From the NCBI GenBank assembly GCA_036172245.1, contig JAYWIR010000034.1:2232001-2296000 (forward strand): a DNA stretch of 64,000 bases, given 5' to 3'. Made by a program: the position numbers and the translations under genes. The first letter of the stretch is position 1; each line of letters starts with the position of its first letter. The notes under the pieces were generated by a model, which had not been told where the DNA came from, made no database searches, and worked only from the letters and a program-made list of their open reading frames with translations. The DNA comes from Raillietiella orientalis. Taxonomy: Eukaryota. Shown in pieces: positions 25,650 to 36,649 of the stretch.

Positions 25650-27350
25650 TAGTGATGGTGATGTATGGTGATGAATTTGTGCAGTGATATAGTTTGAAAC
25701 TGCTCTCCCAGAAGGGGATGTAGGATGGATGAAAAGCTTCAGAGATTCGTTGAAGACACAAATAGGCAAGTTTCGAATTTGTCTTTTCTCATCCAGGTGA
25801 AGATCATGATAGAATGTCCTTTAGAAGACTGGAGGTTCGAGTTTGTGAAGTATGGGAGATGAACGGTACGCAACCCCTTCCCACAGAGGCTGAACCCTTT
25901 CCTCACTTAACAGCGCTAAAAATGAGTCTGCCATAGCGTTTCCGCTGCAGGATGAAACAGGGAGGAGGCATCAACGTCAGATTCCGTCTTTGCAACTGAA
26001 AAAGATTCATTGCTTAAAGAAACTGATGCTGAGATGTGCACTCTATAGGAATAAATAAGTATGCTATTTCTCAGGATCTACTTACTATATATACCATACA
26101 CCTGGTTACTATACACCGTGATGTGATAAGCACTCACAAAGGAAGAGTAGGAAAGCAGTCGTTTCTAATGAGATTTCCGACCAGCTCGTAAAGGCATGGT
26201 CAACTGCAGGTCAACTGCACCTTGACATGGAAACCGTCCTTTTATTTTCGAGGTTCAAAGAAGTGGGATGCTTGCTCTTAGAAAAGTAGGAAGATGTAAA
26301 GTTCCAGACCACAGCAGAGTAGTAATGCATGCACACCATGTTTCCATGTTTCCGTCATCCCAATTATACGGAAACTTGCAGAGGTTCTGGATTTAGGTTC
26401 GAACTGCAAAGTTCTTCTGAGGTTCGTTCTGCGATGTGTTCTTGTAATTCAAGATATGTTCAATCCTTATCCGAGTATTTAACGGCCGTATATGTGGCAC
26501 GATTTTCATTTATGAATTTGCAGCCTGTGAATTACTGATACACATGCCGTAATATCAAATTGGACTCTGGACTATGCAGACATACACATATGGAATCTTC
26601 TGAATTCTGCTTTGAGTCTCTGTTCCTCATGATTTAATTTCGAATCGGGATAAAGAGCTTAGAGAAAGATTTGCGATTTACTAATGGACATTAATTTTCG
26701 TCTCCAGCATGCAATTGAAAAGGCTTTCAAGGTATGAATATATTTGAAAGAATATATTTGAAATATTACAGGAGATTCACATTCTTTCCATTATCCTTGA
26801 ACTGGATCGTAGACGATGGTGTGGGGAACTATCGTGATGCTATGCAGGGAACAGGGCACTCTTGGAGCAGAGCGTTCCAAGAGTGCCTGCCAGTCATATA
26901 TCTTCGGATTCCAATAGAATTTCGTAGAGATGTGTTGAACCATTGCTCCCATTCAGCACTTAACGCTTAACGTCTAACTCATTCTTGTCGATCTTCAAGA
27001 CATTTTATGCAAGTGCTTCGGAAATTTCATGGCAACAGATATGGTTACTGAGCATCGCACTACATTCGTAGCCCCTTTCTTGTATAAATGTTTTCAAGTG
27101 GAACACACGACTGGTCATCTAGGTTTCCTAGAAGCCACTCGAGTGGGCTTAACATGGTTTGCATTTTGCCGAAGGCAGCGTCCTGCAATGGGAAAACACG
27201 CTGTCCTCATTGAGGACCTTCGCAGACATTGTTCTTTCGAAGGATATGTTCTCAGTGAGTGGGCGTTCCCATGCAGTCGAAGTCTTCATGCACCTAAACA
27301 GCAGCTTGGGCACCAGAAAAGACCCAGCCACGTTGGTGGTGCTTGCTGGT
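25650..27350 (+). mobile_element. Decayed LINE RT, ending at module copy A
   Basis: QSLSEYL (motif B-like, ~26460), LDYADI (TATGCAGAC at 26573-26581), CLPVIYLRIPI (LPVKYLGIP-like, ORF 26734..26970), PSHVGGA (P...GGLG-like, ~27330). Confidence 0.5.
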
Positions 27351-27377
27351 ACGAGCGCGTCGGAGGTCTTGTGGTTT

Positions 27378-28380
27378 GCCCGCGTCGGAGGCCTTGTGGT
27401 TAAGGCTTTCGCGCGTGGCACCATGCGTCGCGGGTTCGAATACTTCGACAGAAACACTGCGTCGTCGGGTTCAGAGTTTCTCCTGCAATGGCGCCGGTTG
27501 GCCGAGACATTCGGGCGTGGCACCGGCGGTGGATAAAGCCCGGAGGTCCCCGATGAAGGCCGGAACAATGGGAATCAATCTTCGGGTCCTCTCAGGAATC
27601 AAGGAGTGGGGATTTCCCTCTCCTGTCGTGCAACGGAGAGGGGACTCCCCCCACCGCAGGACCCCTCCGGTTTCAAGATGGAGCAGGTGCCCGTGAGGGC
27701 ACCTCTCCAGTTGTTCAAAGGAGCGGACCCCTTCCACCCCCCCTCCCTGTTGGGGGGTCCCTCCGAGTCGTCGCCTCTTCACAGAGTGCAAGGAAGCAAG
27801 CGAGAGAGATTCCCTCTGGGAAGCTGCAGCGCCCCTTCTGAATTTCGGAAGCGTCCCTTCGGGTTCTCTTCAGAGGAGTGAATAAAGGAGCGGTTCCCTT
27901 GCGGGTTCCCTCCGGAGAAGAAGTTCCTACAAGCGGATCCTTTCCGGGTTCCCTTCGGAGAAGAAAAAATGCAGAGGACCACCCCCCTCCCAGGGGGTGC
28001 CCCTCCGGAGAGAATGAGGAAGGAGATTCCCTTCGGGGTTCCCCTTCGGAGACAACCAGGGTGGGAGGTGCGATCCCCCCCGTCCGGGGGGATACCTCCC
28101 CAAGCGTGAGAGGAACGGACTCCGAGCCCTTCCTGGATTCATAGGGCGGACCCCCATCCCGGGATGCCCCCTATCCTGAAGAATCACACGCCCCCCTGCG
28201 GGTTGCCGCGGGCGGTGAGGCGTGGAAACAAAACAGTGTGTTAATGTTTAAAGAGCCACGTGCGCCGCGAGGCACGCGACCGGCTCTGAGGTACTTAACG
28301 AACCAAAAAAAAGGAAACTCTTAAAAAAAAAAGCTGAAAGAAAAACAGCGAAGACAGAAGAACCCAAGGATTTCCATCGT
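27378..28380 (+). mobile_element. tRNA-headed structured module, copy A (most complete; SINE-like or LINE leader)
   Basis: A-box/D-arm GGCCTTGTGGTTAAGGC, B-box GGTTCGAATAC (27433-27443), many hairpins, five ~43-bp units at 27851-28057 and an A-rich tail at 28305-28345; five further homologous copies occur in the window. Confidence 0.85.
27389..27443 (+). promoter_or_regulatory. Internal RNA Pol III type-2 promoter (A and B boxes) in a tRNA-derived head
   Basis: AGGCCTTGTGG resembles TRGCNNARYGG and GGTTCGAATAC resembles GGTTCGANTCC, at tRNA-like spacing; a B-box-like sequence is present in five copies. Confidence 0.65.
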
Positions 28381-28399
28381 CGAGCGCCACCGACGTGGC

Positions 28400-30150
28400 C
28401 GTTTCGGTTTGACTGTGCTGCGGAAACAGCTGGTCTCTGGTTTCCAAGTCCAAATGCATGCTGTCCCTGCAGCCGAGGAACGCAATGTTCTCGAGTCATC
28501 ATGTTCTCAGAGCTTCAAGCAGAAAATGAAAAGTTTCAGAACTCTCCGGAATCAGCAAGGAGCCTTGTGTTCCTGCTATGAGAATACGGTTCACGTGGCA
28601 CGGAGGGCTGCTTCCAATGGGTTAACGGTGATTTTCTGCAATAGTCATCTTTCGGGTCGAAATTTCAGTTTGCTTCTGCTATCTCTATCGTGGAGAGTAT
28701 TCCTTTTTTTTTTTTCTTCGTGCCATGGCGGGACACGGAAGATGAATCGAATCCCTGCTTCCTTATGCAACATTCAAGTCTTTCTCTCCCTTCCACGCAC
28801 AACTTTCCAGGGCGGAGCAGGAAATCTCTTTTTTTTTTTGTAGCTATACTGCTCACAGGAAGAACCCTTCCTGAGATACGGCGTCTGTCTCTTTCCTTCA
28901 GAGCGATTACCCGCCTTCTCGAGAATTGAAGTCTCCGAGAACTCACCTTGCAAAGTCATCCACTTGGGTCAAACTTTGATCCTCCCGCGTTCACAGGGGG
29001 CTCACAAACTGATTGATGCACACGGCGTGTGCCGTGTTCACCAGCAGCATGCAAAGCAGAACCGTTGCTTCTGAAAAGGTTATCGGGAGGGGGATGCTCC
29101 CCAAAAGATCTTTTGGTGCATTTTAGCGAGAAATAACAAAGACAATGGTAGCAAGATTCTTCTGGCATGGTATCTGCACGCTCCTGCGACCGGAAAGCGC
29201 CTTCATCTGAGATCAGATTTCATTAGCTCTGGACCGGTTTGTAGAAACTGCCAAACTGTAAAATGGCCGCTGAGCAGGTGACTCTTAACCCACTTGTCGA
29301 CTACCGCGTTCCTAACCTGTGGAAGCATAAACCGCGCTGTGACTATTTGACTCCAATGCCCCACGATTATGATCCGGAACTTGCAGCGAGCGAAGGCGAA
29401 ATTTCCGGGGTTTAAAAAAACGGCGGCCCCTCAAACCGTGAAAGCGAGACCACAGTGGAGGCTCAGCTCGGGAATCTTCCCTCTCGGGATGATCCCCAAG
29501 TGCGATGTATGGAGTCTTGTGGATGAAGATCCAAATGTCATCGCGCGAACATCACGCGTTCCTGCAAGCTATTTTCACCATTTTTTGTTGTTTCATTCAG
29601 CACACACTCGGTGAAATGCACCCAGATTGGGTGTCCACATGGCAGTCTTTCCAAATCTTCTTTCCAAGTCTCTCCTTGTGTTCTCCTGTCTTTCGATGTT
29701 TCGTTTTTTTCTCTGGTCGCAGTTGCTGTTATGAGTTCCGATCTATTCTCTTGCTTGAGCATCTTATGGTCATGCCTTCGCTGAAATGTCTTCGGGTAAA
29801 ATCTACATAACAGCGTGGTTGCTCAAGAGACCAAAATACTGTCGAATTTTGACTCGTAGCCCATGAAACCAATGCATTAAACTCGAAAATTCGATTCTGC
29901 TCAAGAAGCTGTAATCTGCAGCGTGGATCACAAAGTGATTTTCATGGACTAGAGTGCATTGAGAGTACTGCACATGTACCGAATGCTCAGGTGGTGAGCT
30001 CCAGGAATTTCCGGCTCCATTCTGAGGATGAGGGATTTCCAAAGCAACTTTCCTGTAGGAGTTTGCGGTTTCTGAAGGTGAGGCTTCCGACAGCTGGAGG
30101 CTGCACACGATCAAAGGTTCGTTCTCTTCCTTCCACGTTTTATCAGTTTG
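28400..30150 (-). mobile_element. Decayed LINE endonuclease (and possibly ORF1) remnant
   Basis: VLGDFNS at 28922-28942 on the minus strand, the diagnostic APE GDFN motif; extent is approximate. Confidence 0.45.
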
Positions 30151-30949
30151 GCATCTCATCTGGACTGAAGATCAGTGTCCGGAGACTGCATTTGAGAGGA
30201 ATTTCCGTGCCCTGATTTAGAGCACGCGTCTCAAGTGAACATCCAATCATTTTCATCGAATCCGAAACTACATGTTTGAGACCATTCTAGGAGATATGGT
30301 CGATGGATCCATTTTATTTAGTATAAAGCAACCGAATTTTCATCTGGCAAGCACACTGATGGCCATGATTCCGGAAGTAACTGCTTGATGCAACCAATTA
30401 CCAAACTTATTCGGGTGATGTGCAAATTACCCACGGGCAGAAGCCGTTAGTGGAATTATAAAGGAAGTAAAGACGATTGCAGATGACATTTATTGCCGGA
30501 CATTCGATTCTTTTCCATGTCTGTGTCTGCTAACTGTATCGGTCACTGTTTTCTTTTGTTTCGCCCTTTTTCGCATCTCATCGTGGCTGCAACCGTTTTT
30601 TTCTGTACACAACAAAGTTGCATTCCAGCGAGCTACGTGGTGATTCGTTGGTCAGCTATAACGTTGCACATCTCGAACTGAGGTGTTTTCATTCCCAAGA
30701 ACGTCGCCGGCCCAACCAGCTGGCAACAAGCTTCAGCGCTGACATTTCTGGTACGTTTCTTGATGTATAATCATAAATACACGATGGCAAGAGCTAACAA
30801 GTTCCGGCAAAGACGCACTCCGTCGCCCTTCTCCATTCAAAATTTTTGAATATCTGTCTTCCAGACAAACCCGCCTTGGTTTCGACGAATTTAATCCCCA
30901 TCGTGAGTTGATGTCTTCGCTGATTCCCAGCCTTTGGTTTGAAAGAGTT

Positions 30950-32450
30950 TTCGATCCCGACGCAACTCAGCGTGACTCATTCACTCTTGGATCCATTCCT
31001 CCATGGTCGACAGCCCCTGTGAATGTTCAGCTACTCTTTCGCGATCTGCGTGAAACCAGCAGTAATCCACATGAGCGCAATCCTGTTTTCAAGGCGGAAC
31101 AAGCTCATGTGTTCTCCCGTAGACTTGAGGGGCAAAACGATTCGGCTCTCTTGACCCGCGTGTCAACTTGGGTTCCAAAGTCAAGTCGCAATGACCAACT
31201 TGACTTGGGAATCTTCGACGGCCGCTGTGCGCTATTCAGACTTCGTAGATTTCCTTACACCGATAACCTTTTACCACTTCTACTGAGGACCTCACCTGAT
31301 TGTATCGGTTCAATTGCTGTTGATCGAATGAGTCGTTGCCGCGATTTTGATCTCTGCGCTTTCTTATCTCGATCCCTCTTTGAAGGCCCATGGTCCATAG
31401 GCCTTCTGGTGGTGTAGATGATGACACGTTCCTTGAAAGCGAATGGCAATGTCGTCGGAACAGTGTTCATCCGTTCTGTTGCTCGTGTGCTGAAGAATTC
31501 CACGTTGCAGGTTTCGAGGTGACAGACAAGTAGAAATTCTTCAAGAATTCCGCCCAGTCTCGAAAAGTTTTGCCCTCGGCAGAGTTTCATCTCTCGTACG
31601 AGCAATCGCTCTAGCATTTGAGCAGCGTACCATAATTCGAAGCTCCTCGTCCCATCCCCATGAGTATACCTCTCTGCCATGAGTGATGTTCCATTCTGAA
31701 AAAGTGACAAAAGACTCCATATGGTTTTTTTTTTTTTTTTTTATCTTGAGAAATGGAAGAACTAAATCCCCATCCGCTAGCATGATGCCTTCGCCTGAAG
31801 ATCAATTGCAACTTTCGCACCACATCATGGGAGCACTTCATCTCTTCGTTCCGAGTTTCTGCAGCCCTTGTGTGACACATACCTCCGTGCATCTTCACGA
31901 AAACATTAGCCAATTTTTTTTTTTTTTGGCCTTTTCACTGCTCTCTCCTTTCGAACATCACACAAAGAGTTTCCAACGGTTTCTGAATTCTTGAGTCTCT
32001 GCTTGCAGATATTGCGTGCTGTCTGATGGCGCCACTATCGAAAATCGTTCCATCGGCTGCTATAAGATCTCCAGAGATAATGAATCATCGCGATGCATAC
32101 TGGATGAAGCAGGGAGTGGACCGGGAAACTCAGACTGACTCGCAGCGTTTAAACTCGGGGTAGGGCAGTCGTCGAGTCGCGCGTGCAATTAGCGATTTGC
32201 TTTTTCTAATTGTGTGGGCACCCCTTTAGAAAATGAAGTGCCTCGGCACTGCGTTATGAAGAATGGCATGCCGAAGAATCTCTGCTTTTCGGAGCAGCTC
32301 GTCCCGTTTGCATATGAACGACGCGAGAGAAGTCGTATGAGGAGGAGCAATCTTTCTCTCTTCTAATTCCTTTACGTCCAGCTGGTTTCACAACCCGCAA
32401 ACTCAATGGAGCGATGACTTCCATCCACGACGGATTCCTCCATGCGGTAA
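30950..32450 (-). pseudogene. Ty3/Gypsy-type integrase remnant, possibly with upstream RNase H
   Basis: HGGMCHT...CESC (H2C2 finger, 31808-31890), DGDLVLPF...VTFSEW (D.FSKW-like), and the LERLL...ILEEFLL...TTLPF core in ORF 31255..31710. Confidence 0.55.
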
Positions 32451-32479
32451 TAAGAAGAATGGGGAACCGGGAAAGAAGC

Positions 32480-33064
32480 TTCCCACCCGGTCACGCAGGG
32501 GCGTTCATTTAGCGAAAAAAAAACCAGTTGGGAACGCGCAGTTCCCGCCAGGAGGCAAAAGGAGTTCAGGGAAAGGGTCCACCGACGCTCAGGTCGAGAT
32601 ATCTGAAAGTCCGGAGCGGGAGGAAGGGGAATGGAGGCAACAAAAAAAAAAAAATTAGGAGTTAAGGAAGGGATGAGGCAAGGGTCTTTGGTGTCGCTCC
32701 GTATGCACCGGAATCAACACACAAAAACAGGGAAAGTTGCAGAGCGAAAGGGAGTAGGGAACGAGAGAAAAACAAAATGAATACAGGGTGCTTGGGGATA
32801 AGGTCGCCGGTATCGGCCATTCCTTCACTTCAGAACCGGCGCTGGATGTCAGCGATCTTAACCTTTACCCCTCCTTCGAGATGAGGCCACCTTGCAGCCT
32901 CCTTCATGTAGGCAGCAGCAGCCTTCGCTGCGTGGCCGTCTCGAGCACGTGGCAGGAGCCGTGACGATGGCACGGATGCAACCGTTGATTGCCATCATCA
33001 CGCCAGTCGAAAGTCTGGCACGAAGCAGCTGCCGCAGATCGCGGGCGGTATCCTCCTGGTACAA
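32480..33064 (-). mobile_element. LINE family B 3' tail (ORF2 end, UTR, terminal motif) joined to module copy B
   Basis: GGAGGATACC...GACTTTCG and GCCGGTTCTGAAGTGAAGGAATGG match 45912-46162; terminal motif AATGAACGCCCCTGCGTGACCGGGTGGGAA at 32480-32509. Confidence 0.7.
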
Positions 33065-33998
33065 GAACGCTGTTTTCTTTTCTTTCTTTTTTTTTTTTTT
33101 CTTCGGGTTTTCTTTTTTTTGGTTTGCTAAGTGCGCCTCAAGAGCTGGTCGCATGCCTCGCGGCGCACGTGGCTCTTTAAACACTGTTTTGTTTCCACGC
33201 CACTACGCCTGCGGCAGCCCGCAGGGGGACGTGTAAATTCTTCAGGATAAGGGGCACCCCGGAATGGGGGTCCGCCCTATGAATCCAGGAAGGGCTCGGA
33301 GTCCGTTCCTCACATGCTTGTGGAGGGATTCCCCCCCGGACGGGGTGGATCGCACCTCCCACCCTGGTTGTCTCCGAAGGGGAACCCCGAAGGGAATCTC
33401 CTTCCTCATTCTCTCCGGAGGGGCACCCCCTGGGAGGGGGGTGGTCCTCTCCATTTCATCTTCTCCGAAGGGAACCCGGAAAGGATCCGCTAAGTAGGAA
33501 TTTCTTCTCCGGAGGGAACCCGCAAGGGAACCGCTCCTGTTCACTCTGAAGAAAACCTCGAAGGGACGCTTCCGAAACTCAGAAGGGGCGCTTGCAGCTT
33601 CCCAGAGGGAATCGCTCTCGCTTGCTTCCTTGCACTCCGTAAAGAGGCGACGACTCGGAGGGTCTCTCCCCGCAACAGGAGGGTCCGCTCCTCTGAACAA
33701 CTGGAGAGGTGCCCGTGAGGGCTCCTGCTCCATGTTGAAACCGGAGGGGTCCGCTCTCCGTTGTACGATCGGAGGGGGAACTCCCCACTCCTTGATTCCT
33801 GGAAGGACCCGAAGGTCGACTCCCATTGTTCTGGCCTTCATGGGGGGCCTCCGAATTAATCCACCACCGGTGCCACGCCAGCGCCATCTTGCAGGAGAAA
33901 CTCGGAACCCAACGATGCAGTGGAGTCAGTTTCTGCCGAAGTATTCGAACCCGAGACGCATAAGGCCATGCGCGGAAGCCTTAACCTCCGAAGCGGGC
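33065..33998 (-). mobile_element. tRNA-headed structured module, copy B
   Basis: The reverse complement aligns end to end with copy A; B-box at ~33941-33951. Confidence 0.85.
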
Positions 33999-33999
33999 G

Positions 34000-34400
34000 C
34001 TGTACAAGAGCGCTGAAGGCAGCCTTTGCCACAGTTTGTGGAGGGCCTCTCAGTCCAAAGGCAGGTGCAGCGGGATCGATCTCTGCCGACCTGCCGCAGT
34101 TCGAGGATGCAGCTACCCTAGAGACGAGATGGAGGCACTCAATGCACTGGAATCCCCAGCGCAGAATGAGACACAGATGTTGGGAGGGCGGGGGGGATCA
34201 CGAATTCCTCAGGGACAATACCCAAAGCTCGCTTCACCGAAGGAGTCCCGTCGCCAGAGTACGCGGAGTGGCAGCATCCACTAATTCGCGCGTCTTCCAG
34301 CCGCCAAGGAGTTTTGCGTTTCCTGCGATGGTGCAGGAAAACTCGCACCTCGCCGGTAGGCTCTTGTCGTTTCTTGCCCTGAGGGCGGGCAGCACTGCGG
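34000..34400 (-). pseudogene. Possible second DIRS-like RT fragment
   Basis: PAFGLRG peptide and matching DNA shared with 16250-16270. Confidence 0.3.
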
Positions 34401-34402
34401 CA

Positions 34403-34432
34403 TTACCACCCGGGTACGCCGGGGCGTTTATT
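34403..34432 (-). other. 30-nt LINE 3' terminal stem-loop motif (copy closest to consensus)
   Basis: AATAAACGC-CCCGG-CGTAC-CCGGG-TGGTAA. Confidence 0.75.
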
Positions 34433-36649
34433 AAAAATTCTCAATAACGGCGAGGGGTGTGGCATCAGCCAGGGTCGACCAGTTGACCACTTTGCCGTGT
34501 TCTGCATCATCACTTCCAGAGGTAGGGTGAAAAGTCGTGCAGGGGCAAAGTTTTTCCGGACGCATCTTCTGGAATGCAGTCCAGACTCAACAGCCTCCTG
34601 CCTCCAGGCATTGGAGTTTATTGGGCGGTAGAAGATCCATCGATAGGATTCCATTAGGCAGAGAGTTGTCTCAGGGAGAAGCCAAATCCACGCATCCTGT
34701 ACTGGGTGCTGAGCAGCAACGAGAGCAGTCCTTCGCCGCCTGCGTTTGCTCCGAAGGATGACGCGTGCAGGTGCCCAAAACGGGAAAGTCCACAGCTTAG
34801 CGAGAGTGTCAGCATTTGGAATTGCACCTCTTCGAGAGTATCAATTAGGAGAGAAAAAAAACTTACTTACTCATCAATGAAGAAGGTTCCAACCTGAAAT
34901 GCAGAAACTCATGGAACAAGGAGATGCATCATCTTACCACTGGGCAAATCAAAAAAGGCAATCGCTGAAAGCAAGCTGTCTGAGAAGCAGATTGTAATGA
35001 TGGTTATCGAGGCAACAGCAACTCCTACTGCAAGAATGGACAGACGGCGACCTAAGCAACAGCAGAGCAACACTACATAATTGGCTGCTCCATCCGTGTA
35101 CAGCATTCCAAGTACGTGTCGCTCCTAAGAATTACTTGCATTTCGTAGATGTGTTGCTTCCTGGATTAGGGACCCACGCGTACCTGGTCGCAATATGGGG
35201 TCCACGGAACGTCATTCTTCCTTGATTATCTGTCTTATCCACGCTAAAAGCACATACGTGCTAACTTGGCCACATATGTGGATCACAGACTTTTATGAGA
35301 AATAAGGGCCCGGCGTAAAGCGGCCGCTTTCTATAACTGCGTGTTTATTTGTTTTAACAGTTTGTTCGGAATGCAATGCATAACCGTCTCTCGGAGGCAG
35401 AATTCCTTGGGGGCTGCTCCTATTTACTGAAATTTTCATTTTTGTCGCTAAAGTTACAGACTGCCCTTGATCATCTGCAACTGAATAAGGTGAAACAGTG
35501 GAAGGCGTCAAAAGATCCGTTTGCAAAGTGCCGCCATAGATGGAAGCGATGGGAGGAGTGAGCGATTCCAAAAGAAGCGACCCCTCCGTGTCGACGCTTT
35601 CTGAATGTTTGACACGCCTCACTCTGCCGTGTATGTTCACATGGAAAATGATGTGAACATACACGTGAAAATCCTGTCTAAGCAAAGCTCCCGCAGAGCA
35701 ACATCGATACTTCCGAGTCCAGCTCCAGATGCCCACGTGAAACAGGTGCCGAAGAGTGCCCAGCTTCTGTTTTTCTTCTCTTGTAGAAAACTCCATAATT
35801 TACCCTGTGAAAATGTTGTTTATCATACATGCGCCATATATTAATACATTCTTTCTTTATGTATCGATGCACGCTATATTAAATAATGTTCTCAAGGCAT
35901 GAGCATTCTATACGTTTTTGTGATCTATGCGTGCATCTTCCATGAAATATGCTGAGAAGTTGTCATAAGCTGGAAAGAGTTGGTTGTCGTAGGGGAAAAT
36001 TTCACACTTAGCAGAAAAGCCCTAGGAATGCTCGCTTGGATGCTGAATTCTCCATGACAGCGAAAAGATAACATAAAATTGTAGTTGAGAGGGAATTTTC
36101 CTAGGAAATGTTCGACGCTTTATAGAGCAGCAGCCCATCTTCCTTTCACATGGAAGTTGTGCTTTCTATTTGAGAGGCAATGCAGACTACAAAGAAGCAC
36201 CATCTTCCCCTACATAATGAGTGCTTGCCGTCATCCAACAACCAGAGATGCACTACAGATCTTCAAACAGCACCCAAAACGCGCACTCCTGATTTCTTTG
36301 TTGCTGTCTGCTGGTGTGTTTGGACCAATCCATTTCCAATCTAAAGGTTTTTGGAGTTCAACTGGAGGAATAATAGTTCGAAAACAAATAATGCAAACGT
36401 AATAAGATCGAATGCGGAAGATTCGTCTGTCTGAAGCAATGAAATCCGTTTGAAGGAAGAAATGCATCCTTCAAGAAGAATTCGTCACAGAGAAAGCCAT
36501 TAAAGCCAATGGCTTTCAAATGTGGCAGCACTTTCTGCTCCTCAAGATTACTTTCAAAACAGTTAGTATACAACGAAAATAACGCAATACATCTTCCTGT
36601 CCCCCCAGTGAAAAGAAGAAAGCTCCATTCTGCAAGGCGGTAAGATCAG

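Noticed and set aside
27381..27450. Functional tRNA gene
   Set aside because: No convincing anticodon stem, the copies diverge freely and each continues into the repeat body, so it is treated as a tRNA-derived head.
27851..28057. CRISPR array
   Set aside because: Units are degenerate, linkers are short and A-rich, there are no cas genes, and the context is eukaryotic retroelements.
33242..33841. 199-aa ORF within module copy B
   Set aside because: The frame is not kept in copy A or C; GC-rich hairpin DNA has few stop codons.
34403..34432. Helitron 3' hairpin
   Set aside because: No CTRR end, no Rep/helicase, and one motif-ended insert has a 17-bp TSD, which Helitrons do not create.
34440..36600. 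Possible host gene or integrase GPY-like motif (LDWKWIGP)
   Set aside because: A single short motif without supporting domains; left unassigned.
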